Of a stretch of 53,507 nt of DNA, positions 33,649 through 46,539 are shown in pieces. A model generated the notes under the pieces. It saw only the letters and a list, made by a program, of their open reading frames with translations, was not told the origin of the DNA and ran no database searches. The DNA is taken from NCBI GenBank assembly GCA_001600815.1, contig BCKZ01000036.1:62001-115507 (forward strand). Direction: 5' to 3'. The stretch's first letter is position 1, and each line of letters starts with the position of its first letter. The stretch is from Alloascoidea hylecoeti. Its lineage: Eukaryota. The translations under genes were made by a program, and so were the position numbers.

Positions 33649-34375
33649 GAAGATTAAATCTAAATGTATTAGATTATCGATGCTGATTGATGGAAATTAA
33701 AAGCTTAAGGGGCGATAAGAAGCTGTTGTGAGATGGTGATGGATAGTTGAATGGATGTATATCGATAACAACCAATTGTTACTTAAGCTTAGCGTGGCGA
33801 AATAATATTATATAACTGCTTTATTCAGAATCATTCATGTTGAAGATTAAAGATTTTAATTGTATAGATGAAAATCCCTATATACTGAATTCTCTGTTCC
33901 AAATGTACTAAACTCCCTAAAAACAACTTGATAATACCATAATATCTTTTGTGTGATTTCATCCGGATTTGAGTGCCCATACAATTCTTCTTGAATGTGT
34001 TAGTGTAATGTGTACATTTATCTTAAAAAGTGGATATAAGAAGGAATGAGGTGAGAGGGTTACAATTTTGGTAATACGTTTTATCATGTTAGTAAACGGT
34101 TAATAAACCTTCAATTAAAAATATTAACTAAAACATACTTATGTGAAGAAAATACAACAGTTTAAAAGTCATCATCATAATGCTAAATAGATCAAACACA
34201 AAACAAATATGGACAGTCAAATGAATAGATCAAATGTCATAAAAATCAAGCGTCATAAAGATCAAAAAAAGAACATATAGACAGTTAATAGATAATGTAA
34301 TATAAATAAATATGGATAATGAATAAATAGGTTAAATATAAATATATGATCATAATAATGTAAGTAGTTGAACAT

Positions 34376-36100
34376 TTAAATTCTTCTTAATGAGTAATAC
34401 TTATAAATTCCACGCTCAGCAAATGGAAAAGGGCCAGGATAAATCCAGTCACCGCCACTATTTCTTTTATAAATTTCTATTTCTTCAGGTGAATAAGATG
34501 GTGATTGTAAACCAACACAAGTTGAAACTTTACAGGAAGCATACTTTAAAAAAGTTGGAACAAAAGTTTTACCTTTTACCATTTTCATTTGTTCAGGGTC
34601 CCAATTTGTAAAATTTGAAGCAGTTGCAACAGCAGTTGATAATGATGATCGATTTAATTTTTCAGCTTCTTTAACATAAATTGAATCTGATGAAATTTTA
34701 AATAACCAAGCACGAGATCCTTGACCAGTTCTTGTAAGCCAATAACTATTATCAGGGGTTTTACCAATTGTTGGAAGTTTCCCCAAATGCTGAGTAATAT
34801 AACTAATAACTTCTTGATCAAGTTCAACAGCTTCAAGATATTTTCCAGAACTTAAAAACTGCATATCTTGAATTGACCATGAATTAATTAAATGATTTCC
34901 TCTAACATTTAAAAATCTTAATGGAACTTCAATTTTACATTTTGTTTTTTCATCATATGATGAATTTAAAAAATTAATTAAATCTTTAATTTCAATGGTT
35001 GCTTGTGCAATAGATAATGATTGTAGATTTGAAAACCTAGTTTTGATAATATCTAAATGTGATGAATGAATTGGTAAGCCAGAAATATTTAAATATCTTA
35101 AATTTGGGTGAATGAATTTTAAAATTTTCTTAACCTGTGATTCAGAGAATGGACATGATGAACGAGCATCAGATAGTAATGAAAGCCAAACTAAAGAATA
35201 TTGTGTTGCTGGATGGCCCATTAAGAATTTTATGATATCAGCACCTGACAAGTTTGGGCATTTAGCGAGTGATAGATGAGTTAAATCACAAGAAGAAGGT
35301 ATATCAAATAAAGCTTTACTTGAAATAAGGGTATGTGTTAAGTCCAATCTAGATAAATTTGGTAAACGAGGAAGTAAATTCTCAAAAACAACTGCAGGAA
35401 TACTTGTGCAGTCATGAAAAGATAATCTACTAATATTTGACGCCTTTTCAGGGATTGATGCATTCATAAAAGCTTGTGTTAATGAATTTCCGGTAGCTCC
35501 ACAAAAATCAATACTCTGCAAGTGTGGTAAAGTGAAAAGAGTTGATATAACATTTGCATCGATATCACCTTCAATATTTTCGCTTGCTAAAAATTCCACA
35601 AGGTTTGGGCATAATTGTAAAGCTCTATTGATTGTAGTCGCAGTAACCATTTGAATTTCTTGATTCATCCTAGCAGTTCTTCCAAGACCAACGGAAGTGA
35701 AGTCAGAGAAATCGAAACACTTCACCAAAAGTCCAAGTTCCGGATTTTCTTCAATGGTTCGTAAGAAACGATCGAACCGATGTGGATGTGTAAAAGAGGC
35801 ATGTTTATATAGTAGCGGTAAACCCAATTCATGAAACAGACGAGATGTCGGTAAGATGCTGCGAGCGAACATGGAAATAGTGGACGAAAATGAGTCACCA
35901 TCATCGCTATCCCTCAGGACATGATATAAAATGCTTACGATGATTTCATAAGGTAGAGGGGTTAAATGGAGTTCACCCGGAAGGTCTTCCTGTAAACGGG
36001 GAAGAAGGTTATCATAATTATAGTACTTACCTGAAAGCGAGGCTAACGAAGTAGTAGAAGAGTTGAGTGATGTGACGAGTATTTTGGCTGAAATGTAAGG
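34376..36100 (-). CDS. F-box/LRR protein of the YLR352W (Lug1) family; true start uncertain (open frame extends to 36361)
   Basis: LPYEII F-box-like start, THPHRFDRFL, DFSDFTSVGLGRT, CPNLVEFLASE, IDFCGA, RLDLTHT, C-terminal ERGIYKYYSL. Confidence 0.82.
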   Translation of the reverse strand, partial: PYISAKILVTSLNSSTTSLASLSGKYYNYDNLLPRLQEDLPGELHLTPLPYEIIVSILYHVLRDSDDGDSFSSTISMFARSILPTSRLFHELGLPLLYKHASFTHPHRFDRFLRTIEENPELGLLVKCFDFSDFTSVGLGRTARMNQEIQMVTATTINRALQLCPNLVEFLASENIEGDIDANVISTLFTLPHLQSIDFCGATGNSLTQAFMNASIPEKASNISRLSFHDCTSIPAVVFENLLPRLPNLSRLDLTHTLISSKALFDIPSSCDLTHLSLAKCPNLSGADIIKFLMGHPATQYSLVWLSLLSDARSSCPFSESQVKKILKFIHPNLRYLNISGLPIHSSHLDIIKTRFSNLQSLSIAQATIEIKDLINFLNSSYDEKTKCKIEVPLRFLNVRGNHLINSWSIQDMQFLSSGKYLEAVELDQEVISYITQHLGKLPTIGKTPDNSYWLTRTGQGSRAWLFKISSDSIYVKEAEKLNRSSLSTAVATASNFTNWDPEQMKMVKGKTFVPTFLKYASCKVSTCVGLQSPSYSPEEIEIYKRNSGGDWIYPGPFPFAERGIYKYYSLRRI

Positions 36101-37243
36101 GTTTGGGTATCTTTGGGGTATAAAAGTCGTCGTGGACAGAAGTTTATTTGGGAGGAACAAAGTGAAAAACTGAAAGAAAAAAAAGTAATAAGCGGCTGTA
36201 TGCGGAAATCTCCAAAACATCGTGCATAACCCTGCGCATACGTATAACAAAAATAAAAATATGAGAGCAACATCAACAATTGCAATGGGAGGGTAACTCA
36301 TCTTAGAAAATGATCCCCCCCCAATGATGATGAATCCATAAAGAAATGTAAAGATCATCATGATCTATTTTAGTTGTAATTAAATAAATTACATAGCAAT
36401 TTAATTGCTGAGTGTATTAGAGATAAAACTAATCTATTCAAACGAATCTAGCCCTTTTAGGTTTGGAAGCTGGAACAAAGAACTACAAGTAAAATCGTGA
36501 TTTATCGTAATAATTGACATTCCACAGAGTTCTCCATGTTTGCTTAAGTCGTTCATTATTAAACTTTTGACGCCTCAGATATTCTTGATACCATTTGATA
36601 GTTCTTCATTTTCATTTTATTATTCCGTGTGGCTTATATTTAATAGACTAGTCACGTGCCACAATGTTTTGACGGAGTGAAGGAATTTGTAGCCGATAAC
36701 TATTAATCGAAATGGCCGAAATTAAGCGGAAATATACCTATGGAATTTATGATGCATGTCACTCAAGATGAACAATGTTCACAAAAATTAATTATAATTA
36801 AACATCCTTCGCGCAATATTGAATATCAGCGTTAATTCCAAAACCGCTTCATTTAAGTATTTAAGACAACAAAAGGTGAATGGCGAATGTAAATCCTGTC
36901 GTTTCAAATTAAGGTCAAATATATGTAGGCCACTTTGAATATAATCACGTGAATAGGGTACATAAATAAATAGTATTTACCTTACCCAGGTATGTGCATT
37001 CATCTGCATGCAAATATATTTCTTTCTGGGGTAAGCGGTATAGTTGCATGCATATTAAGAGAGAGCAAAAGTTCCGGAGAAAATATAGTTACTCATTTTC
37101 AGTGATGCGCACCATTCCTTGTGATAGTTTATTAGAACAAATCGAGAAATATTATATTTTCGGTTTATTCAAAGCTTTAACTATATTGAAATTATATATT
37201 AGAATTTAAATAAACAGGTTTATATATAATTTTGAGAATATAT

Positions 37244-39909
37244 TTATATTAGATCACCATTAAACCGTTCAAATGAAAAAGGTAGTACACAATCATAAAA
37301 CATATCTAGGTCCGATGTATCAAAATTTCCAATATCATCCATATTTATATCAGCATCATCACCATTATTAAGGATAATATCGCCATGAATTTCAATATTA
37401 TTATCTGAGCTATTATTAATATTAATATCACTATAGTTTGTTAAGTGATTAAACGGATTTAAATCATCTAAATGTGAAAATCGAAAATGCCTAGCTGTGG
37501 GACTAGCAAAATAATCATCAACATTGTTTACCAGATTAAACTCATTAATTATGTTACAAATATTAGGTGAATACATGTATTGCAGTGTATCATTTTCTTG
37601 TTCGATTTCAATTTTATTCCCCTTCCCCAAATTTAGATTTATCAAATCGTCATTAATAATATTATTTGACAACGATGAATTTAATTCACCATCTGCTAAA
37701 TTTATTTCTCCGTCAGCATTAATCTTATTAAGTGAATTAAACGTCGGTATTGAATCGAAATCATTATTAATGGTATTATTTTTAGGAACAAATTTCTTTT
37801 GAAATGCTTTCATCATAAGTGACGCCACAAATGATAATTTCCGAGAATAATAATGAACAATTGAGTATCTGTTTGCAACCTCTTTAAGTTCCAATATTAC
37901 TGACATTAACGATCGTTTTGAAGCTTCTAGAAATTCTTCTGATCTTAAGACGTCATTATATGTTGCTGTTATTGATGATACACCATTTAAATTTGATTTA
38001 TAAATAAAATCAAGATCCGGTACAGAATATAAATATTCAGGTATCTGACTGCGCAATAAAACTGATACAATAAACATGCTCGCTTTTGACGCTGATTTTA
38101 ATAAAAAGGGTAATATTATTGATAGGATTCCATAATTGTAATATTCACAACAATCATTTAAATGTTTAAGAGAAAAATGGAAAAGAACCATTGCAGTCAA
38201 ACTCGCATATCTGAAATATTTATTATTTAATTCTTTCTCTTCTGGACCAGTATTAAGATATAAAATATAATAAGATGTATGGATATATGCTAATATTTTA
38301 ATCCTTAGATCAATTAATAATATTCTTTTATTTCTATTCAATAAATCTTCATCTGATATACGAAGAATTAAGTCTGCAAATTTTGGTTTAGTTTCTAAGA
38401 AAAAAATTAACATCTTTTCGGTTATTGATTCAAGGTTTGATCTTCTTGCTTTTATTTTTAAATTCAATGATAGTTGAAGTGATTCTCTTACATATTGACA
38501 TATCTTATAGATCATTTGGAAATATTCAACTTCGGCTTGAAATATTGGATCATTTTCAACTTCTTTAAATAATCTCAAAGGACTTGTATCACTATAATCA
38601 GTATTTAAAATTAATGGTCTACCGGTATCAGCAGATTGGAAAGTATCATTCATAAGCGCTATTGTCCATACTTGTCTCCGTTGATATTTTAACATTTCAT
38701 TATAATCACCATCAATAGTATCAGGATCTTTGTGTAAGTGGAGTGAAAGAGCAATCTCACAAATTCGCCCTAGTAGTATTGTAGTATTTTCCATACATAT
38801 CTTTTCACCATATTCCGGTGCAATTGAATAATAAAATTTCAGAATTAATAAATACGCTATCATTTGAAAGGAATTTTTTGATAAAAATGCGAATGATACA
38901 GCTCTTTGTGAAAGAGAAGCATATTCCTCCGATATTTCAATATTATTATCAAGAATTGGTTTCAAATGTTTATATCTAGGAAGAGATAAAATATAATTGG
39001 GATCGCCATTCATATAAGGTAAAGATGTATAACCAATTCTTAAAAATAATAAAAAAGTAGCAAGTGTTATGAATTTATTTGAATCATTGTGATTAATATT
39101 AAATCTATAGTGTTGTGAAATTTTCATTGCTTTTAAGTCCAAGATAGAGTTGAATGTCTCAAGGAAAGGTGTACCTTGATATGATGGAAATAAAGTTCTA
39201 AGAACATGTACACCATTTTTCAAAATTAAATCACAGATATATTTATCGGGTAATAAATTTTCAATTTCAATAATAAATAATTTCTTTTTAGTGTATTTAT
39301 TGGGTAAAAGGTTATAACTACTTGTAGTATGATAATTAAAAAGTAAATTTTCCATACCATGATCGTTGAAACCAATCATATCATTTGTTAACTCAGTGTT
39401 AATTAGGATTGTTGATTTGAAAGCAAGATCTATTATATTTTTAAAAATGGGATCCAGTGAAGATAGAACAGTTCTACTGGTTCCTAAAAATTGAGTTGTA
39501 TGATCCTGTCCAATATCTAGCATATGAAATTTAGTTGGTAAGTCTAAAATAGGATCATTCCTGTCGTTATCATTAAATTCTTTGTTAATTTCCGTTATGT
39601 GTTGTGTCTCTCTCTGTTTCAATTTTGACTCCAATTTTTTGATTTTATCTTTTAGCATATACTTGGTCACCCTGTAATCTTCTTCCACATCAATTTCATC
39701 TTCAGTTTTATATTTACAATAGTTGGGGAAACCGATATCTTTGCAATTTCCACATTTTGGTTTTTTCCCATCGCACTGAATCAAAAAATGTTAAATAATC
39801 TTCATGTTATTCAATAGTTAATTATAGTTAAAAATCTTACTTTCGCGTGACGGCTCCTACAAGGGTAGCAGGCACTGGCTTTTCGATGACCTCTTTTGGT
39901 ATAAACCAT
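37244..39909 (-). CDS. Zn(II)2Cys6 fungal transcription factor with middle homology region; exons 39909-39841 and 39775-37244
   Basis: Spliced cluster ACYPCRSRHAKCDGKKPKCGNC...CKY, coiled coil, ALSLHLHKDP...RRQVW...GRP; GTAAGA...CAG intron. Confidence 0.92.
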
Positions 39910-39999
39910 GATTAGAATGGTTTTTTCTTTTACTTTTAAACAATGGTGATATTACTTTTAAACAATAATGGAATTGCAATAGCATATAAATAATTTAAG

Positions 40000-41900
40000 G
40001 TGATAAAAAAGGGAGATAACGGGAAAGGTCACCTGTTCATCCAATTGCAGCTCAGCCGTGCATATACAAAATCAAGCATCCCAAAACGCGATAATCAAGA
40101 GCATATAAAAGTCCTTCGTCTTTCAATCGCCACCAAACCTCCATCATACACCACCAAATGGCTCGTACAAGATCTGTGCTGAATGATAATGAGCGTTAGA
40201 ATATGTTAGTCAACGCAGCTGTCAATTACAAGCGAAAACACATGAATCAGTCGTTCCTGAAGGTTTCTAAAAAATTCTGTTCCAAGATCAACTTTAGACG
40301 ATCGTTTCAATGGTTCATCATCACACAAGGATTCCCACATTTCTCAAATGGTTCTAACTCCCGCGGAGCAGGATATTGTTCGGAGGCTGTTGATTTTCTC
40401 GAAAAATGGGTCTGCCGCTAAGTCAAAACGGTTTCGTGAGATGGTGGATGATCTGGTATACGAACGCGTTCAAAAAGATCCTTCTTTAAAATTATCCACC
40501 AAAAACAAGATAACTTCGCATTTCTGTTTGCGTAATTATCATATGCGTTTCATGTCCCGACATACCACCTTGTCATACAAAAGGACGCGTAAATTAGATG
40601 CTATAGGTTCTTGAGTGAGGACCCCAATTAAATCCGCGAATGGGACAAACTGCTCTATCAGGCTATCAAAACAACACCGGAATCTCATATTCGGAACTTG
40701 GATGAAACTGGTACCCATCTTGGAGTCACTGATGAAGGGGAAAAGCGATTTGTGTCCTCTACTCAAAAGAAGTTTGCTCAAATTAAATTCCCAAGAGGTG
40801 AGCTCATCTCCGATAGTTTATATTTAAAAAAAAAGGAGGATGATGATGTCTCACCTGCTTGGGTACCTGATAATGAAGATAGGACATTAAAGAATTGGGT
40901 ATTTAAATGTTCCGGTTCTGGTTATATAAATGGAGATTTGATGTTAAGATGGTTAATTTTTACCCATATTGCGTACGAAAAAGGACAAATTATTTTATTA
41001 GACGGGCATTCTAGTCATATCTAATTTAGACTAGTTATGGAATGTATTATGATATTCGACTCTTTATATTGCCTGCGCACACCAGCCAATCGACACAGCA
41101 TTAGACGTCTCTTGTTTTGGTCCTCTTAAAAAGAGATTGAAAAACATCTATGGCAAAATCCTCGTATATAAACCCAACAATCATAGCACAAAAAGGAGAA
41201 TTCGTTGAAATATATAAGAAGGCCATATCTGATGCAATAACAGCTGGAAATATTCGTTCTGGTATTAAGGCAACCGGAATATATACCCATTTGAGCCAGA
41301 GAAGATTTTATCGAAACTTGGAGAAGTTTGGGTGGCAGAACACGAGGAAGAACAAACGAAAAAATCCGAGAGAAATTTCATTTTATATGAAGATTTTGAG
41401 GGAGAATTAAAAACCGAAACGTTTGTGAACGAAGCTCATGAAACGATGCTGGAAAGACTGAAAATATATGATGTATCGGAGGATGAATTTCGTATTTGGA
41501 AGAACTGGCTTGGGGGATGCAAACAGGCTTTATTATCAAATACATCCACCAATATTCTTGAAGATCCCTTAAAAACTATCCTGAGTGGACTTAAGACTTA
41601 TAAGAGGTGGAAAGCACTCATAACACATAATTCTCCTGAGATAACGAAGAGAAATGCTTGTCGTGAGATTGGTGCTGCTGAGCTGAATATACTAAGTCGG
41701 AGAAAATATCTCACTCCACAACAGAAAACACAAAGTGTATATTGAAAAATCATTATCAGAGTTACGAGATTAAATAGATTTTAGTAATAGTATTAAATTT
41801 AATTTATATTAGTTTTTGGTTAAGAAAATGGTGGTTGAAAATATCAATTATGTTGTGTTCGGAATCCTAGTACCCTCCGGTATCTACAGACCTGACGGTA
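40000..41900 (+). mobile_element. Degenerate pogo/Fot1-type (Tc1/mariner superfamily) DNA transposon; transposase relic ~40158-41745
   Basis: Across frameshifts/stops: VPRSTLDDR (psq HTH), VLTPAEQ...RFMSRH (CENP-B HTH), NLDETG, LLDGHSSH, LPAHTS...LDVSCFGPLK, NIRSGIKATGIY; ends in ...CCTGACGG-TA; left TIR not found. Confidence 0.9.
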
Positions 41901-42339
41901 TACGGTTCACCAAAAAAAAAAAAAAATGGTTCACCAAAAGTCTGAACATGAGTGTATCCAGTGGGTGATATTCTGAAGCCATCTTGGTCATTAAATCAAA
42001 TGGGCGGGTATTTAATGCCCAACACTAGTTCATCAGATGACGAATACTTAGTGAATAAAAGGCCGATAATTAAATATCAGAGAGTGGGCGAATATTCATT
42101 TCCGCAAATGGCCGATTTTAAGTATAATGACTGTATGTATGTAGTCGCTACTAAGCCAATGTGAAGCATTGTGGATATGTGGAGCCATTTTCGACATTAT
42201 GGAATAGCTGGTCATAATTCCTCAAACCACCCTATTTCTCGTGTCTTACGACAGTAGGATCCATAAAACTAATTTTAATATATTATATGAACTTCGACTC
42301 ATCCAATGATACCCGAATAAAAAATTTCCAGCTAATAAT

Positions 42340-42606
42340 AGATACCGAAAATTATGTTGAAAGACTGGTGCTGACTCTAATAATATAATCTAAATACTCT
42401 AAGCCGGAGAAAAAATTCCTCTCCACAACAGAAAACACAAAAATTGTATATTGAAAAATCATTATTAGGATTAAGAGATTAAATAGATTTTAGTAATAGT
42501 ATTAAATTTAATTTATATTAGTTTTTGGTTAAGAAAATGATGGTTGAAAATATCAAGTATGTGTCCGGAATCCTAGTACCGTCCGGTATCTACAGACCTG
42601 ACAGTA
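42340..42606 (+). repeat. Second direct copy of the transposon right end (matches ~41640-41900)
   Basis: Near-identical 42421-42606 vs 41714-41900, weaker similarity further left; both stop at CCTGAC(G/A)G-TA. Confidence 0.92.
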
Positions 42607-44093
42607 CTTCAACATTACTTTGATAATACTCAACTAATAATACAGTGCTACGGCTATATTCTTATGACCTTTATGTTCCAATATTTACAATATATAATGT
42701 AATACAAAAAGTAGATAAAGTAGATTATTAAATTTAGGAATGGTTTCCCGTGGTTTTGTGATGTTAAGATGGTTCTCAACAGAAATGGGGATTCCTTTAT
42801 ATAAATACTATTTAATCATTTAGTGTGAATATAGTACTGGCAAGTACTGGTATTAGTGATCACACAACCGAAATTAAAGGGCTTCAAATATGGTAAATAT
42901 TGTATACTAATATAGTATTGTCGTCCATTATTGTATACATATTTTTCGAAACTTTTTATCAGGTTGGGTAGAGTAGTAGCTTAAGGAGAATTCGAAGATA
43001 ATACCTACTACAACAATAACGACCCTCAGATTCTGTTTCTGGATCTATTTGTATAATAGGTTTTATGAGAGCTCGAGTATATGAATGAATTGGATTATTC
43101 TGGTAAAGGTTTAGAAGTACAAAAATAGAGGATATACGTCGCCACTATACGGCACTTTATAGAATCTCAAAATTTGATGAAAAACACTATATATGGCGGT
43201 ATATGTGCATATAGGGATCAGATCCAAGTTCATCCAACTAAGAATACACGTAATTATGATTTAGAATCAGCTCTAAATTCCTCTAATTGTAAGAAACCGT
43301 TAGTGGTAATTATAATTACCGTTTCTTTCGGTCACAATTCTGAGATTCCAAAGGTGGGGCAACCGCCAGATATATAAGCTTAAATGCATCTAATGTGTTC
43401 ACTTAAACTTTGCCATCTATTACAGATGTTTAAAATACCAACAGCTTGGTAACATGTGTAGTCAAAATGATCAGAAGATCCAACTGACTGGACAGTGAGT
43501 ATACGTTAACATCTAAAATCATCAGTTGAAACTTTCTAAAAAGCTGTAAAAAAGTCCTTGGGCTGGCCCTGATTGACCATGCTAAGTTAGTATGTGTTTT
43601 TTTTCTATTAAAATAGGAGCAATTAAGGATGGGAAACAGAAGAAAAAAGGAGTACTTCAGCTGTCTCATGATGAACTTCAGATGTACAAGATAAAAAAAT
43701 CGTTGTCTCGGAAGTTGGGTTAGTTCATGTACCCGATATATATTACTAATAAGTTAATAAGGACTGTCAAGAAGTTTCATAAACCAAGGTTGCAATCGCA
43801 AATATTATGACTTATAATTAACTTATAATAATAGTGTACCGTCAAGACTCAAAAGACTCAAAAGTATGAATAATGCAATATTTGTTCAATTTGTTGGTTA
43901 AATGACTCCGCATTTATGCGATGCGTGCGCTAGGGGCTGGTGTAACCCTAAGTGGCTAATATCTAGCAATAGAACTTATAAGCTCATAATAATATTATAG
44001 TACCTTTGAATATTTCTTATTTATAGTCCACATTTCTCTCCTTGTATTAGGATCGTTATACATTCACAACTTCCTGTTATATCTATTAATATT

Positions 44094-45324
44094 ATGTGTA
44101 TTCTACTTACCACCAACGCCCACCCCGACTAGTATGCTGTTTATATCTTTATCTGTTACTTTAGTAGCATCTAACTTTTGTTCTAGTCCTTTGATACTTC
44201 TTTCAAATAGAGACGAGTTCTTTTCACGACCGACAAGTACTGCTGCTTATTCAAAGTCAAATAATACATCATCCATCATCCTTGCGCCGTATGATCTTGC
44301 TAGGGAAGAAAGAGGAACTTGGATAGGCGTAACAGACACTGGAAGAATAGGTGTATTAGTAAATTATAAAGAATCTTCTCTTACAAATGCGATAAGTAAG
44401 GTTTCAAGGGGGCTACTTGTGAAAGAGTTTTTGAATTCTGATATTAATGCTTCAAACTGGGAACATTTTTTACTGAAAAAATTTGGTAGGGAAGGTCTTG
44501 AAAACGTTGGAGGGTTCTCATTCGTATACTCCGACATCTCCCAAATTTTCGATTCTATTTCAACTGATATTCATACTAGGACTGAGAAACTAAATTTGCG
44601 TGTGATTTCAAATAGAGGTCCTTCCGATGTGAAACTAAACACACCGAATGAGTATTTTGGACTATCTAATTCACTGGTATCCGAACCTTGGCCTAAAGTT
44701 CATATGGGTGAGAAGCTTTTAAGAGAAACGGTTGAAACTTCCTTAAATGAGAGCTGGAATGAATTAGAACTTATAGATGAACTATTTCAGGTTTTATCTA
44801 AAGATTCACTGCCAACTAGGTATCCTGTGAACTCCAATGAGTTTTTTGGAAATCTACAACATTCCATTTTTATACCCTCTGTACAATCACCTACTGATAT
44901 AGTGGGCATAAACTCCCCCTATGTTCAATCTCCTCTACAAAGATCACCTCTTCTAAATTCAGTAAGTAAAAACGAAAACGGAATCAGTTTGGATGGTATT
45001 GCAGATCTAAATTTGGAAAATTCATTACCGAATAGTAATGTAGAACATAGAGAATCTGATGATGAAAAAGGCTCTTCCTCTTTTTCTTCTCATTTGTCAG
45101 TTAACAATAATAACAGTATTGATAGGAACCCTCGTATTTCAAATATCATTGGAAAGTATTATGGGACGAGGACACAAACAATAATTATGGTTAAAAAAAA
45201 TGGAGAGTTAAAGTATATTGAAAAGACTTTACACGATGTTGACCACAAAAAGCAAACAGATGCCCCTTTTATAAACACATTTTCTATGAAGATTAGAAAA
45301 GCAGAGGTAAGTATATATAATTAG
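44094..45324 (+). CDS. TANGO2/NRDE family protein (YGR127W-like); exons 44094-44131 and 44187-45324
   Basis: Spliced MCILLTTNAHPDYPLILLSNRDEF, GTWIG, SRG, GGFS, GLSN, WPKV, YGTRTQT. Confidence 0.93.
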
Positions 45325-45346
45325 TTATAGCATAGTGCATCTAGTT

Positions 45347-46300
45347 TTAATAATTTTTGATTACGTCAACAGTTATATTAGCAAAACGGTCACTGTGGTT
45401 CATACAAAAAGCATGATCGATATTAGAATACCCTTCATGGTCGTCTGCAACTATAAATTTGACATTTGCAACGTCTTTATGAGTATCAATAATACTTTGT
45501 CTTGTCTCATTACTAACCCAATGGTCATTTTTCACGAAAAAACACCAAACTTTAAATATTCCGTTGTTTGCATTCGCCCAAAATTGTAGGTCTGATTCAT
45601 TTGCTATTGTGATCGTCTTCATCTCTTCCTCTGCCATTGTTAAGCATTGCTTAATTATTTGTGGATTAGAGATAAGAGTTGTTGTTGCTTTAACCCCATG
45701 TTCCGGTGCTGAGCCGATAAAGAATTGTAAAAGCCGCTTTTTGACACTCAGTGGAGCATAATCATTTAGTACAGTTGCAAAAAATGGTGTTATCACTGGT
45801 AAGCTTATCCAACTTGAGATTCTTGAAAAATAAACACCTTTTTGTGATTTCACAATATCGTAAATGGTTGGGGTTACCAGTCCCACAAAATTAAGTTGAA
45901 GATCCGGCCGTTTTAGACTGATGAGGCGATTTGATAAGCGTTGAACAACCCACGCACCAACAGAGTGCCCCATCAAGATCATCTCGATTACACTATTAGA
46001 TTCTCTTTGGAACAACTCCTTATCATCAATGAAACTTGTTATTAGATCCACCTTATGATCAATTTGATCATCCAATGAATATATTTTTGGATTGATTTTC
46101 ACTTCGGGATTGAATCCAGCATGAGAAGGGCAAATGATTGTATATTCAGGGACTTGTTTATGAATCTGATCAAGATAAGCCGTATAATATTCACATATTC
46201 CAGGATTCCCGGGGATGAAAACAAGTAATTTATTGGACTTTACTGTAGCTGGTATATGAAATAGTTGCGTTGGGAATGGTTCGGGATATTGAATTAGCAT
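45347..46300 (-). CDS. Lipid-droplet-associated serine hydrolase (LDAH / YPR147C-like)
   Basis: FIPGNPG, SHAGF, SLDDQIDHK, GHSVG nucleophile, DHWV, HAFC. Confidence 0.92.
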   Translation of the reverse strand: MLIQYPEPFPTQLFHIPATVKSNKLLVFIPGNPGICEYYTAYLDQIHKQVPEYTIICPSHAGFNPEVKINPKIYSLDDQIDHKVDLITSFIDDKELFQRESNSVIEMILMGHSVGAWVVQRLSNRLISLKRPDLQLNFVGLVTPTIYDIVKSQKGVYFSRISSWISLPVITPFFATVLNDYAPLSVKKRLLQFFIGSAPEHGVKATTTLISNPQIIKQCLTMAEEEMKTITIANESDLQFWANANNGIFKVWCFFVKNDHWVSNETRQSIIDTHKDVANVKFIVADDHEGYSNIDHAFCMNHSDRFANITVDVIKNY

Positions 46301-46529
46301 TTTATAAAATAGAATATTAGAGAAAAGGAAATTTTGATATTTTAATCAATTATGCACCTTAAATTCATGATGATATGGATGGTAGAATCGTTAACGCCAT
46401 GGCCAACACCATAACCAGTTATAATTATAAATGATATTTTTCATATTCCTTTGTAGAATGATTTTTTTTATGAATCGAATAAACAATATTTCTACTTATT
46501 ATGGTGTTTCATTATACTGTATATGTAAA

Positions 46530-46539
46530 CATGTGAAAA
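46530..46539. promoter_or_regulatory. ICRE/UAS-INO-like CATGTGAAAA upstream of lipid-droplet hydrolase
   Basis: Matches consensus, 230 bp upstream of a lipid-metabolism gene. Confidence 0.35.

Noticed and set aside
35990..36030. Intron-like GTAAGT...TTTACAG in the F-box gene
   Set aside because: 41 nt, and splicing would put an in-frame stop just upstream; unspliced frame is open
36100..36361. Hydrophobic N-terminal extension of the 661 aa F-box ORF
   Set aside because: T-rich, UTR/intron-like composition (YYFFFFQFF); probably not coding
43837..43846. TACCGTCAAG as the missing pogo left TIR
   Set aside because: Only 8 bases match, and it lies on the wrong side of the element
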